Positions 1-13,571 are shown, numbered from the stretch's first letter. The stretch is DNA of 64,000 nucleotides from Carpediemonas membranifera BICM (GCA_019828565.1 JAHDYR010000017.1:1-64000), one strand, 5' to 3'. Program-made: numbers and translations. The notes: generated from the sequence alone by a model not told the origin.

Positions 1-267
1 GGGTGCGTCCTCGTGATGGACAATGCCTCCATACACGCACTCAAGGGCAAGCTTGACGCCCTAATGCAACTCTATGATGTCCGCATCGTCTTCCTCCCTA
101 AGTATTCGCCATTCTTGGACCCAATCGAGGTTGTGTTCGCGTGGATCAAGGCGTTTGTTCACACGCACTTTAAGGACATGGGGCGTTTGCCGGCAATACT
201 CGCCGCCTTTGATGACGTTGCCAAGAAAAACATAAGAGTCTCTACGAAGCATGGATATTCCCATTAA
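1..267 (+). mobile_element. IS630/Tc1/mariner transposase, C-terminal fragment (truncated by window start)
   Basis: MDNASIH ... VFLPKYSPFLDPIEVVFAWIK are the canonical second-D and E motifs; 35 residues between D and E (DD35E-type). Confidence 0.85.
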
Positions 268-273
268 AGCTGT

Positions 274-716
274 TTATTCTCTCAATTCCCGGCTGGATGT
301 AACAGATAGAGCTGGCTGAGAAGGTTCGCTGCGCTCTGCTTCCTCCAAAGACGCAAGGAACGAGATAACGCGAGAGTACCACTCGGGCTTCACTGGGATG
401 GAGATAAAGCCGTGCGACACTTCTCTCCGCGGTGCAGGCTGATAGTCGAGTGAGGGCGTCGAGTGCGGCTTCAGGAGACCGGCAGGAGGATTAGCGACAG
501 TGGCGCCTGCGCGATCTCGAATGCCCATGCGGCAATCATCCTTCCAGGGAGAGCCCGTGCAATCTCCGAGTTCTCCACCAACGTCCTCATTCCCTGTGTT
601 ATCGCGGAGTTATCAACATTACCATCCTCAGCTGTAGATAAAACATCTTTGAATGGGCATCCAGCCCTGTTGTGGTTCTTGCAGCTGCACAGGCTACACG
701 TTACAGTTCTCACCAT
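274..716 (-). CDS. Small zinc-knuckle-like protein, probably frameshifted
   Basis: ORF 471-716 starts with CSLCSCKNHNRAGC (C-x2-C-x4-H-x4-C); overlapping ORF 274-528 may continue it. Confidence 0.3.
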
Positions 717-863
717 CTGTCGTCAATCAAAAAGTTCCAGGCCTAATCAAAATGATGTTCATTTTTAGAGTAAAAGAGCAATAGTATTGACCATATTCAC
801 CATATCATGGGTTTTCTTATTTAAACACTCTTTCCCAAGCCATAAGGCTACAGGCCCGACGTA

Positions 864-1582
864 TCAGTGTTGTAGTCCTTGCGCAAGAAACTTGAGCTGG
901 GCGTAGTATCCTTGGGATGTACCACCTGAACACAGACAAAACAAGTACTGGGAGGCCTTTTTATTGGCCTGCCCACGACACTCAGCGTTGGTGTGGTTGG
1001 CCCAGTGATGACTCAGGCACAGGCTGTCAGGAGCCGAAGTCCGCACGGCAGACAGCTGCTGAAGAGGTGTGCGGCCTAGGATGGGCCCCTAACCATGATA
1101 TGATCGCATGCGCGACTCGGGCGGCTCGGGCACAGATCTCTGTGCCGTGGCGGGTCTCGATTCTCGGAGCATGGATCTGGGCAGGCTTGGCCGGGACGAG
1201 GCCGATGTCGCGCATTGCGTCCGTCCGTTGGCGGAGGCGCTTCGCAATAAAATTCAGTGAAGCCTTGGCGGTGGGATATGCCCTAACCACACTGCGGGCA
1301 TTGACCCCGAGGCTGTGGGCCGCTAGAATGGCGTCTTGAAGTTTTAGCCCCGAAGAGCTTTGCGACTGCCAGGAACTTGCGGCGATAGGCAGATACGGTG
1401 CCATCTGCCCGAATAGCGCGAATCGTGCCATACATGGATGCTACGGGCACGTTCGTGAGCGTCTCATGGATCATACGGCGCCACAGCTCATATCTTGCCC
1501 TTGACTTGGCCCTCTTCTTCTTCTCGTCGTCCTCTCTCTTAGTCATGTATCGAAGCAGTGCAGTGGAGGTTCTCTTAGCCAT
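864..1582 (-). pseudogene. Hypothetical protein, broken into overlapping frames
   Basis: Chained minus-strand ORFs 1283-1582, 1027-1431 and 864-1046; no recognisable domain. Confidence 0.3.
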
Positions 1583-1806
1583 CTTAGCGTCGTCTTCTTC
1601 GTCTTCTGAATCCTCACTGTCGTCCTCAGTACCGCTCCGACAAGTATTCAGACAGCTTGGCGAGGATCACGATCGGGTCTGCCTCCGTGTCGAGGTTGCG
1701 GTTGATCAACCCGAGGATGTTTACATTAGTTACATGTGAAAGGATATGGTAAGAGTGGCGTGTCCTCCTCCTCGGTCTCGTCGGGCTCGTCGTCGGGAAT
1801 CATCTT

Positions 1807-1865
1807 CATGCTGTTTTTTCTGGTACTTTAACCGGGACTTTAAGTCCCGGAATAAGTCCCGGAAT
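1807..1865 (+). repeat. Left TIR of element A
   Basis: CATGCTGTTTTTTCTGGTACTTTAACCGGGACTTTAAGTCCCGGAATAAGTCCCGGAAT; contains the palindrome CCGGGACTT-T-AAGTCCCGG. Confidence 0.75.
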
Positions 1866-2585
1866 ACATGAAAAAAGGACGATTGCAAGAAAAAATGAAC
1901 GCGCTCAAACAATTAAACTACAGCGTATTACGCCTTGCACTTGCACAAGGCATCGTTTAGACATCCGTACAACATGCTGAAGACCTTCACTCGCGAAGTC
2001 AGTGGCATCGCACAAACTCTCGTCGAAAAACTGTCTCATGGTTCATCTAGGGTCGGGATAGACTGCCGTGCCTCCCCCACTGGTCCAGTATGCCGAGATA
2101 AAATTTCCTGGGTGCGTAAAGATGCGATTTTTGGGAATTGCTCCCAAAGAAGTTTGCTTTTGCTCGCCAACAAAAGAAGGCCGAAAGCAAGTGAGAACAT
2201 CTGTGTCACATAACAACCTTTGTTCTGCATCAAATAGCAGCAAGATTGCATACGGCATCGAGTATTCTCGAGAAAACACTCAAAACTTTGCCTGGCAAAC
2301 GAAAAACGATCCTAAAAGCTAATTTACCTCCAATGTCTCCAAAAGTGAGCCGCATGATGTATATTTCTATGATCTTTGTCTTTCACCTTCAGTTCTTCTT
2401 CAAATCATCCATACGCGGCATATCAAGCATTCCTCGTCGTTTGGTCAATTCTGGCAAATCAACAAAAGGTATCCATCGGCTCAGAAGAGGCTGTGGTGGT
2501 AGCCTCGGTCCCGCTTACACCCCCGTGCGTGCCTTGTGATGAAGAAAACTTGTGATATGGCCGGAATGCACTTTATGACAAACGA

Positions 2586-2747
2586 ATGAAGCGGGCCGAG
2601 TTTATCGCCGAAATCAAGCAAATGCGCGTTAAGCTGAGTCACTTGACTGAAATGGATGACTATTACGCCATTGCCGACGACGTTACTAAGAATTACCTGA
2701 CAGTTGCCTCAAATTTCTTACTGAAAGCTGTTCTTCGCTCGCAATAG
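2586..2747 (+). CDS. 53-aa subterminal protein, probable homolog of 23003-23218
   Basis: EI-x15-YYAIADDV-x4-L-x2-A aligns without gaps to EI-x15-LWAVAERV-x4-L-x2-A; TGCACTTTA motif just upstream. Confidence 0.4.
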   Translation: MKRAEFIAEIKQMRVKLSHLTEMDDYYAIADDVTKNYLTVASNFLLKAVLRSQ

Positions 2748-2825
2748 ACGTAATTGACTGTAGATTGGTGAAGATAGTGTAAACATAAAGAACCCTTTAT
2801 ATACATACTCCGATTATCCATCTAT

Positions 2826-5388
2826 CTATCTTCTCGGGCGAAGATTGTGCCCAGTCCTCCTCATCAGCTCCTCCGCTCGCTGCTCACTGTTGCACAGATT
2901 GCAGATGCAGAGAGTCTCATCCAGACCACTGTCCGCCGTCCTTACACAAATCGTCTTGGCTGTCTCGTCAACAGTGATGAGTTCCCGGATCTCCTCCGGC
3001 TCCTCACAGATACCCTTGACCCATCCACTAAACAGCGCATTCAGCGACTGTTGGCTCGCCTCCTATCCCAGTTGGGTACCTTAGTTAATAGACGATTTCT
3101 CCAGGCGGCACACCGGTCGGCATCAAATAGACACGAGCAGAATGTGACAGACTTACACTGCCTTGCAATCGGCAACACCATACCATGCTTTCTCGATGAG
3201 CCACGGCGGGTGTAGTGAGCAAGGACACGACCGACCATTGTCTTCTGAGCCAGGAAGCCGAGAACCCAAGATCGATGCTTGTCCACTCGCAACTGGGCAT
3301 TGATGAGGAAATCACGTTCGAAGTACTCCTCAAGCAAATAGAACATCGGAAGCCGCAGTTTCGAGTGAACCTTGGGCAGAACTGACACCACTGCATTCAG
3401 ATATAGCGAGCCGGTAAACTTGGGAGAGTAAGTCAGTCTGAGACCATCATTGAGCGTCGTAGCAACCGAGGAGCGACTCGATGGAAGGTCATAGAACAAC
3501 GTCAAGACATGGAACATAATGAACGTAGAAAAGGACGCCGCGTGATGGAAAGCGATTGTCTGGTGTGTCACGTGGTCAGAGGAGTAATACAACGCCTGTA
3601 ACTTGGCTGTAAGGAGTATGAAGGGCTGGAGTGACTGGTCAAACTCCTCAAGGTGCTCGTTGACTAGTGTCGCGAGCTTTCGTCTGTTCCAGCTCTGCTC
3701 GTTGCAGCCAGTTGTCCGCGTGAACAGCTTTTCAATCTGCTCAAGTGTGTGCACGTTCTGACCAGCGTGTTGAACCTTGACAAGGCCAAGCAGCGTCCAG
3801 AAGTCCTTCATAAGATAGTGACTCACATGCATGACAGGTGGAATGAACGTGACATCAGCGTACTTTGTGAGCACGTGAAGTGGGCCATCTATCTCGTTGG
3901 CATAGGTCAGACAGCAGACATCTCGGTGACCATCGCGGGACCCAAACCGTGTCATGTCTTTCACGCCACCAGCGTCACGAAGACGGATGCTATCTGCGAT
4001 TGTCCAGCGATCGCAACGATTGGCAAACGGGTCGCTTGCGACCTTTCCCATGTGTAGGGAGGAGAATGGAGAGCGGTAGTATCGTCCCCGCTTGACGCCA
4101 CTAACAATCTGCAACGCTTTGTGATCGCCGCAGATCCCGAGCAGGCTGATGACAACACGGCTGCGTGGGAGCAACGAACTGTCACCACATGCGAAGGGGA
4201 TACCAATGAGCTTGTTCATTAGCCGCTGTACATCATCAAAGAACGAAGGAATGAGCTTCTCTGTGCCCTGAAATGTAAGAAGCGTCATGGGTGGGGTAAT
4301 CTTCTGTGGTAGGGCTGCTCCCTCGCGATCAATTATGCGATATTTGACCGCCGTACAGTCGGCCCGATATCCATCAAACCATAGGAGCATCTCAAGACCA
4401 TAAGCCTCCTGTCGGCTCTCCGGGTTAATAGTGACGGATTGAACGAACTTGCTTGACTTGATATCGCGCTGAACTCGGTCGGGGAACTTCAGCATGAACT
4501 TAATCTGGGCGACAGGGCCATAGGACAGAGCGCTGATCACCATCCGGTGAGATTTCTTTGTTCCACGCGGAATGATGCCCATGTTCCGGCATAATCTCTG
4601 AATCTCCGGCAGCTTGGATGGATCATCATGCGAAATGTATAGCCGTGACTCCCCCGATATCTTCTCGAAGTGGTGAGCGAAGAGGCAGTCGTGTTCATCG
4701 AGAGTCTCTTGCAGGTCGGTGTGGGTGGTTGGGTCATATAGGCCGTAAAAGCCTCCGCGACTTCCACGCTACGCGTGAAACCGGCTCCTGCTTGACATTG
4801 AAGCTCTTGGTTAGACACCCCATCACGCCCAGAGACATCGGGCTGCTCAGGAGTGAACGCGTTGACGTCCTCGATCAGTGTTGGGTCTGATATAACAGAT
4901 CGTATGGCTGGGATGGACAGCAGGTCATACCCAAGATTCTGGAGACTGTCTACCACCGGTGGAGTGTGAATTCCAAGGCGAACTCCCATGTCGGAGGCCA
5001 TTGAAACAAATGCATGGCGGAGTCGGTCGTAGCGATTCTTCCCTAACTCGACGGCACAGATAATTGCCATGGCCGTGTATAGGCTCTTCGTCTTCGCCTC
5101 GTTGTCGACTCGCGTAACAGTCACATGAGCAGTGCTGTGATTCCTCATCAATGCGCTCCAATCAGCATTAACGACTGCACTACGTAACGTAGCATCACTA
5201 TGTGTCACCCTCAGTGGACATGACGTCAGGAAATCTCGGAGAATGCGCAAGCACTGCTCCTTGCTGTCTAAACGAAACGATTTGTCGCGGTTTCGGAGCA
5301 GAAACTCGTCTAAGACAGCGGTGATGATAGATCCAAGAGAACTGTCCGCCCCATAGGTGATGACGACTTCCCAGTTCTCGAAACGCAT
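2826..5388 (-). CDS. DDE transposase, CMC(CACTA/Mirage/Chapaev)/Transib-like, copy 1 (frameshifted near 4600 and 3050)
   Basis: Motifs WFDGYR, CGDHKA..SG....Y.SPFS, PPVMHVSH, RTTGCNEQ and LLEEYFERDF are shared with two paralogs; C-terminal CICNLC in a shifted frame; lies within TIRs. Confidence 0.7.
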
Positions 5389-5620
5389 TGCTTCAATAGC
5401 AATAGGACAAATTTACAAAGTAAATACACAAATGTGCTGATGTAGGGCATGGTGGCGGATCTGGCGCTGGTGGCGGACGTGGAGACACTGGGGGTGCTCC
5501 ACAACCACGTCCACTGCAAGTGTGACTCATGTAGAGTCGCCCGAAAAGCAGAAGCATGCGGACAACACAATAGAGGATGATTCAGAGATCGAGACAAGTG
5601 GTAAGAGGGTGAGGACTGAG

Positions 5621-6130
5621 TAAATGGATTGCAAATGAGTCTTTTTAATGTCTCACCACCTGTTTGGGCCTCAGCGCTGTCGTTCAGGCCAATCCACGTT
5701 TGTGGATCCGTGCAGTTTATGGCTTATCGACCGGACATCTCCTGAACTGAGCGCCAGGGGGCGGAGGTGGCGTTGGCGTGGGGCGTGGAGGCGCTGGGGG
5801 CGGGGGTGGCGTTGATATTGGGCAATTACATAAAGTGCACGGTGCTTGGAATTTCATTCCAACCTCAAAATGGCGGGAAAGCATTATTGGAAGGAACTAG
5901 TGGCAGCTATGCGGTTCTTTATACTGCAAAAGCAACCAGCTGTCGTCAAAAGCGCGCCATCTACCATCAATAACCAACATCTGCGTTGCACTCCACTGTT
6001 CTCGGTCGTTAATGCACAAAATCACTAAACAACATCAAAAGGACTGTTCATACGTTATTAAACATTGCTTGCTACTTCTGTTTCATCTTATTGTCGTTTA
6101 CAGCTGTGTTGTCCTCAACAAATGCCAAGA
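5621..6130. repeat. Block Y non-coding repeat (inverted relative to copies at ~35180, 37080, 53040, 54800 and in the array)
   Basis: Near-identical sequence in the other copies; contains the palindrome at 5692-5707 and a G-rich tract. Confidence 0.9.
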
Positions 6131-6221
6131 CGGAGGCAACGCTGTCCGGGCCATCTGTGTCCATGACACTCACGCCTGTTCTCATTTCACAGATGAAAGA
6201 CAGCCGAACACATCAAACCAT

Positions 6222-6721
6222 TTACTTCCTCCCCTTCCTTGTCTTCGGCACACTCTCTTCACCAGTGCCATCTGACAGAAGCTCCGCCACGAGATACACC
6301 GTGGCATGATTACACGTAATGACAATGACCTTCTCGTGGCCCGTCTCCCTGATGGCATCACTGAGTTGAGTCAGACTTCTGAAATCCTGAGGGTAGACCC
6401 TTCCGTTGTCGTAAACAGTCGCTGAGTTGACTATGCGACCATCTTCCTCTTCTCTGCGCTGCAGGACCATGACCTTCTCCTTCTCGAGATGCGTCCAAGC
6501 CGAGATAGCAGTGCCTGTCAGCCAGCCCTGGCCGTTGAACAGCTCGGAAGGGTCCCACCATGTGCCCCTGACCTGGCCCTCGGCCTTTTTGGCCATGGAT
6601 TCCTCGGCGTGTTCTCTCAGATGATTTTTTGAAATGTTTGATTCGATTCTTACCCAGTACTTGGCCGTGCTTAATGTCGTTGAGCGAATGAGCGATGCAG
6701 GCTCCGTCACGGTGAATCTCC
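6222..6721 (-). pseudogene. OTU-like cysteine protease (OTU-2), 3' part, disrupted by the LINE
   Basis: Joined to 29083-29193 it reads ...TCPAKEIHRDGACIAHSL...WLTGTAISAW...ITCNHATVY; DGxC and HAT motifs match the OTU-1 paralog. Confidence 0.65.
6705..6721. repeat. Left 17-bp target-site duplication of the LINE (CGTCACGGTGAATCTCC)
   Basis: Identical to 29083-29099, directly after the (TTC)n tail. Confidence 0.92.
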
Positions 6722-8433
6722 AAGTTAAAATGTCCGGTATGGAAAGTTGGAATCACCAACCGGAACAAAGCCAAGCGCCGAGGAATGATAGCCATTGGCG
6801 ATTCTTTCGAGGTTTATAGAGCTCAAAACAGAGCAGCGGTGACCTATAGCGCGGAATGCCACATTTTGGTCAATTCAGCATCGGGAGTTCTCCTGCTCGG
6901 GGAATACCAGCAGGAACAGCATAACTCTTTACCACTTCTACCCATAGGGCGCACGAGGCCTCTCTCTAGCCTCCTCGATGAGATCGCCTGAGACCAAGTC
7001 AAACGGAAGCGAAACGGGCCGGTGGCAGAAAACTGGAAGATGCGAGCGCCGGAGGCACGAGCCGTCGCCCCTGAAACCACCCTGCCTGCCTTGTATAACC
7101 CGCTAGCGGACGGGCGCTGTGCTTGGGTTGGTTCTCTGTGCTCCCTAAAGTGCACCCTCTGGGGCAACGAAACCCGTATGGGCATGGAGCCCCCGGTGAG
7201 CGGTCTGATGGGATATTACCATCCAAAAAGACCAAGGGAAGCTTACCGCCCGGACGTTCCTCAACCCACAGGGCAAAGAACGTCCAGAGGAGCCCCCAGC
7301 AACATGCCAAGGGCCCTCACCACTGCAACCAAGCCGAAACCAAGGTATGAACTCATGAATTTAGTAGGAATGACGCGCAACTGGAGGGAAACCCAAATGG
7401 CGCCCTGTGGCCGCGCTCCCCGCTGGGAGAAGGGGAGAATGCCGGGGCCCAGCAACCCGAGTGGTAGGCAGATACCGCAAGGAACAGCAGCAACATGGTC
7501 TCAACCCCCATTCAACCCTGGGTGTTTACTGAGGAGTCCCGGCGCCCAGGAACTCCACTGAGGGGCTTCCGTCGGCAAGGAAATGGGAAACCGAAGGGAC
7601 ATACTGCCTAAGGGCCCGCTCAAGAGCGCCCCTGCTGCTGCGATACATAACCATCTGGGACTGAGAAGTGCGCTGGAATGCCAAAATGGCCTGTAGGTTC
7701 TCGACAGGCTGATCCTCGTCGGTCCCCTCATGGAGCATGTCCACGAAGGCATAGGCACACGAGTGCCAGTCCATGGCGATGCGATCCAAAGTGCTGAGAG
7801 CGTCGAGGGCTGACGCAAGTGGAGCCACAGGCTGACGAACGGTGCGAGCCCCAGCTGGGGAGGAAGCCAATGGCGTGACAAACGGGGCAGCGCCCTCGCC
7901 GTTGTGAGGACCGGGGGAAGCAGGGGACCGGGCCAGCTGGAGGCGGCGGGGGACGGCTTTCCCCTGGAAGGAGCGGAAGAGTCGGCGTTGAGGACTCCTG
8001 AGGCCCCATCCCACCAGGTTGGGGAGCAGAGGCGCGGGCGCTGCGGGAGGAAGGCAATGCCAATGACCCGGGGGCAGCTCCTCCACAGAGGACGATGTGG
8101 TGGAAGAATCCGACCCCCAGCCATCTCTAGGGGTCTGGGGCTCCGCCGCGGCAATGCCTGGGCCTTGGAGGTGATCGGCATGAGGGCCAAGAGGGGAATC
8201 AGGTACCTTAGAAGGCTGAACCTTAGCTGCGGCAATGCCTGGGCCTTGGTGGTAGTCGCCAGGCGGGCTAATGGGTGTAACAGGAACCAAATGTGGTGAA
8301 CTCATATTATGGCTACAAGGTTCGCAACCGACCCCGCATCTCAGGCAATAGGCCACACCTCCCCGCCCCTGCTCGGAAAGGCCAACGTGCAACGCCACAA
8401 GGCTATGGTGTGATCAGGTGATGGAGCACTAAA

Positions 8434-11400
8434 ATGCACACTCCTCATCCGAGCCACCGGCCGGCAATGGACGCGTTTCCCAGGAACCCACAGGGCGGGT
8501 ACGTTGCCCGAGCAGAAGATCTCCTCCCCGAGCATCCCATAGGGCCTCCTCTACGCAAGGAGCGCACGAGAACCGAGAAAATCGCCGACTTGATCCGGAT
8601 GTACGGCGACCTAAAAGGGTATAGCAAGATAAAGGATCCCTTCCCCCCCAGGAGTGGATCACCAGCTACAGTGGTGGCAGAATCCCAGCCGAGAAAGGGA
8701 AATAACGGCTACCCAAATGCTAGAAAATGACATCCTGCTATACCACTACGCCCTGATAACCGGAAGGCCATGGTGGGTAAGCCAGGCGGCCTGGAAAATC
8801 CACCGCGAGGACCAACAGCGCCGGCCACTGCCCCGATGCGGGCCGGCCTTCGTGATGTTCACCTCCAAGGCCGATTACTCCCTGACCCCGGGTTTCCCAG
8901 CCTACGAGCGCCGGCAACGGCGCCTACAGGCGAGGCGGGCAGGGAGGGCTCCCCACCCGGGGGATTCATGCCGACTTTCCCCCTCCGACTTTTCGAGACC
9001 AATTTCGGCCACAAACACAAAGTTCCCCCAACAAGCCATGGGCCGGGGGAATGATGTAGACGAAGCTGGAACAGAGCTCACCAAGCTTGGAAAACGCTTA
9101 GCTACGACCGAAGAGTGGCAAAAAGTCCGAAGAGCAGCCGATTCCATCCTCGCCAAGTGCAACAACACCACAGTGATCTTCTCGAGGGATAACGCCGCCA
9201 ACTTCAAGGTATCAAGCCCGCCACCGGCTAGATCCTTGCTGTTCGAGCTAGTTGCCAGCACTCTCAAGGCCGCAGGTCACCAAAGCCTCACAGGGCCTGG
9301 GATCAGGACAAGGTTCGGCCAGCAGAGCGCCGCCTGGCTCCTCAAGGCAGGCGGCCAAGCCACAGCCGGCTCAGCGAAAGCGCCAGGTGCGGACAGAGCC
9401 CACAACAACGTCAACAACAAGTGGGCGGCCCTAGGTCGGGCCTGGGAGGATGCCCCCGTCCCCCTTAGCCCCAGACCCCCAGCAGGAGGCTTCCCCCCCC
9501 TTGACGGACAGGCCGTCAAGCCCTGGGAAGGTGGCATGTTCTCCGCGATAGCTGTCTACAGCAGGACCGATGGGGTGACCAGACCTGTGTTGGTTAGCAG
9601 GACACCCACGGATTCAGCCCTCAACATTGCCGGCGACGAGCTAGCGCGCAGTGAGGCCGAAGACTTAGTGCTTCGCTGGACGGTTCCGGGCTTCAAAGAG
9701 CTGTGGGCCGCATGGGATACTACTACCCGGCCAATGCCGGCCCCTGAGTTCATCCACCCGGACCTCTGCGACGCTTCCACCCTCGTTAGCAGGATCGCAA
9801 ACATCTGGATGGCGGACCAGGGTACCAAGCTGCTCGCCACCGAATCCACAGGGGACGGCCCGCCCAAGGGCAACGAGCAAACCGACAACCCACCCCACGA
9901 GGGCAACCCGGTCACCCCCCACCGAATAATGGCAGAGCAAGTGCAGGTGATAGCCCGCCCAACGGCGGCCCAAGGACGGACCCACCCACCAGGGGCAACC
10001 TGGGCGTTGCCCCGCACAACGGCGGCGACCCGACCACTGGCCAACCCAACATGGGCGATCCAGTCGCCCCCTCGTTCATTGGGGGCGAAGCAGGTTGGAA
10101 CCCAACTAGCGGGGGGAACCCCGCCACCATGCCCAGCGGCGAAAGTGCGGGCTCGGAGACCGGGGGTACCCAAGATGGCCCCCGGCCCAACGCCGACGAC
10201 TCGGCCAGAAGAGTCCCTGGCAGTGATAGTGACGTCAACCCGCCAAGGGGTAGAGAACTGTCAGCCAACAGCAGACTCCCCCCGTCCTGCCCGCTCACCA
10301 ACCCGCAGGGCAAGAGGATGCTGATCGGGTGCATTGACTTCGAAGCGTCCAAACCCGCATCCAAGGCGGGGGATGAGGCCGTCATATGCGAAGGGGCGGT
10401 CATAGTCTTTGACCCCGCCAACGGGAATATCGTCGCCAGTCTGCACGGGATGTTAGGCGAAGATATTCGGGTGGCCGACCTCGACCAGGCTCTGATGAGC
10501 TCAAGAATTCTCCACGGTTGCCCCCCAGCCACCTTCGTCGACATCACCACTGGGCAGGCCCCCCAGGGATTCGAAAGCACATTCCCAAACAGCACCACAT
10601 GGTGCGCGGAAATGATCGATGCCCTCCGGCGTCTCGAAGGACACCATAACGCGTTCATCCACCTGACTGCCAAAGGGGTGGAAGCTGAACGAAGTGTCCT
10701 CACGAGCGCCAAATACGTACCGGATTCCACGGCCAGGGCATGGGTAGCCACCCACCTAATCGATGAAGCCGGCCTAGATGCGGTGTACCCCCGTCTCAAT
10801 AGCACCCTCACCCTCTTCTACCCCCCCTCCCAGGAGGACCGCCCGGTCCGAGAGACCCTCCCACAGGAGGACCAGAAGGCAGCCGAGCAGGCCAAGGTCT
10901 GGACCCGCGACCAGCAAAGGAGAAGGGAACCCAAGGGGCTGTGCCCCTATCACAGAAACGCACCAGCCTACTGTCACTGTGCGCTTGCGGATGTATCGCT
11001 CTTCTACACAAGACTCTCCCTGGCCATCCACATGCTGTATAACCCGTGGACCTGGGCTGATGTGGGAGCGGAACTAATCGCACGAGGAGGGAAAGTGACG
11101 GGGGCACAAAGCCCCATCATTAGAGTAGGACACGGGGTCCCAGACCTGGCTGTAGAGATCAACCGCCATAGAGGGCGAGAGGTCATCACACCCCTGGGGG
11201 CAACTACAGCACGTGATCTTTACCACCAAGCCGCGTCCGAAGGAAATCCACATGGCCAACACGACCGCGCAAGAGTTCAGCACAGGAAAAGGAATCCTAA
11301 GGGTCCTTGAAAGGAGGGGCGTAGCCGTTCTCAGCCCGGACTCCTGCCCAAGCACGAGACCCCTGGTCGTGGAGCTCCTATCCGAGTGGAACGGTAGGCG

Positions 11401-12713
11401 CCGCGTAGCAAGGGAGAAGGGCTACTGGCCAGACTTCTATGGCAACCGTACCACCCTGGACCCCAGGGTCATGGAGCAACTCCCGGTCAAACTCCACCCC
11501 GAGCTCCTGACCCTATCCCAGGCAGCCTCGCTGGTCCCGCTCCATAAGCATGACATGATGCATGGGGGCTCAGCCCAGCAGCTGAGACACCGGCTCACCC
11601 ACTGCCTGGTGAACATCGGCGATAGAGCACCAGCGGGCGTCCCGAAACTCATCGTAAGCGCGGAACTCCGGCGCCAAGATAGAGGGCCCAGGCATTATGT
11701 CAACTTCTTCCCCTCGGTTCTTCCCTTAGACTGGGGCATCCGCACAGTAGAACAAGGAGGGGAGCCTGGAAGACGCCGCCCGAGCGCCTTGGGCGAACCC
11801 CAATACGACGGCACCCCTGGCCCTGGGATGCAGTCCCATGATGAGACTACCCCCCATCCGCCTGTGGGACTTCCCGTACACCCAGAACAACGACGGGCAC
11901 AGGTCGCAGCGAGAGCAAAAAGAGGCTGTGACCGCGGCAAGGGCCGCGCTTAGAGCCTGCCTCGAAGAGCACCGGGAGAGGCTCACCAACGAGATTCACC
12001 AAGGCATGGAGTGGCCGGCCCTAGGGCTGCTTGAGGGCCCGCTCACCGAGAACCGACAGGTCCCCACCCCGAACCCATCTCAAAGGAAGGTGAACGCCAC
12101 CCCCTCCCCCAGCAGGCTCCAAGGGGAAACAAACCCCACCCCCAACCCGCGCCAGGTAACCCCCGCCCACCCCACCCCAAGGGCAATCATCACCCCTAAT
12201 GCGCACCAGGTAAGCCCTGCTTACCCCACTCCCAGAGGAATGAACCCCCCACCCGGCCCCGGGACAGGCGATCCTCACGCCTCACAAAGAGGCCAACCCC
12301 CCGGCGATGCCTCTGAGCCAGGCTTTCGAGCACCGGCCCCCGCCGGGCGGCCCCGAAGGAAGAGGCCCCCAAACCCAAGACTGGGCACGGTCGATCAGAT
12401 GGGTGCCTACATCCAAGCCCTCTTCCAAGCGGAGGTGGAGCGAAGAGCTGAAGAAGAGCGGCAGCGGATCATGAGCCATTACGAAGAGGAAGTCTCCCGG
12501 CTGAACAACGAGGTTGCCCACCTCCAAGGCCAGCTGGCCAAGGAAAGGGAAGCCCTAGCAAGAGGAGCGAGCGAGCGCCAGCGCCTCCAGCGCATCGCCG
12601 AGAAATCGGAGGCCTTCAAAAGAGCCAGCCTCAGGCTCCGTGAAACAAACAGAGTCCTCGAGGCCAGGCTTGAGGAGGCGCTTGCCGCCGCCAACGGAAG
12701 CGACGAGGAAGAA
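8434..12713 (+). CDS. LINE ORF1 region: Pro-rich, Maelstrom-like domain, coiled coil; frameshifted; C-terminus resumes at 23755-23817
   Basis: Chained + ORFs 8434, 8654, 10051, 11213 and 11838; removing element B restores DEEEELLRIGMEHESDEPDQEMHE*. Confidence 0.65.
10318..11040 (+). CDS. Maelstrom-like DEDD/DnaQ nuclease domain
   Basis: CIDFEAS (ExoI), ICEGAV, ILHG, AKGVEAE, CPYH-x7-HCALADV (C/H/C zinc motif plus final Asp). Confidence 0.6.
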
Positions 12714-12735
12714 CATGCTGTCTGGAGGGGGTGTA
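12714..12735 (+). repeat. Left TIR of element B
   Basis: CATGCTGTCTGGAGGGGGTGTA is the exact reverse complement of 23731-23752. Confidence 0.95.
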
Positions 12736-13571
12736 TGGGTGGCAGTATACACCTACGGAACAGAGGGGCTCTGTCAAAAATGTCCGATTTAGAACGTCTT
12801 ACTCTGGCACCATGTAGCCCCCTTCCTGATGCACCTTTGAGCACGTGCTTGGCCTGCGATAATTACTTGGCGTCCCGTAAAGCCCAAAAATTAATCAAAT
12901 CGTCATCAAATGCGAATTAAAGATGCTGATATTGCTCATGAAACGACTCTGCTGATTAGCTGGGACTCTACGCGGCGATATGGCATGGCAAGTCTCTACA
13001 CTTTGGAGACAATTCGGTCCCATGGTTCCTACCTTGACCTACGTTGTCTCGCGCGCGGGAGGTACTCACTGAAAGGATATATCAACACTGGGAGCAGAAA
13101 AAAGGCACAGCGAGATGCAGGCGCTGTTGCTGAGCTCATTTTCCGGATAAGACCCGTTTTTGTCACCTCAACCCATTCATATTGGCGGCTGTTGCTTCGT
13201 TTTTGATCAAATCAAATGGAAACCAAACCGAGATCCGGGAAACGAGGATGATTGGGAGAGATAGACACATCATAAGGTCTTTAATATAGTAATGCACCGT
13301 CAATGAGAAGTTCTTGGTTCCTGAAATGGATTATTGATTCCAAACGCTTTTCTTTGAGGATAACGCATTTATAGCGGTGATTTCCACACAATTCATCCAA
13401 ATACTGATCAAACCACCAGAACTGCAAGTAAAATTGGTATAGATCGTTTATCCACGGAGATAGCAAATGCTCCCAATCCCAGCTTACAAGAAAAAAAGTT
13501 AAGGGGCTGTATTGGGGCTTGCACTGATATCTCTATATATGCCGACACAGTCACTGGGCTGCCCATCACTG

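Noticed and set aside
5767-6028. Block Y ORFs (MALAWGVEA..., MEFHSNL...) as genes
   Set aside because: Non-ATG starts and frames that change between copies through indels
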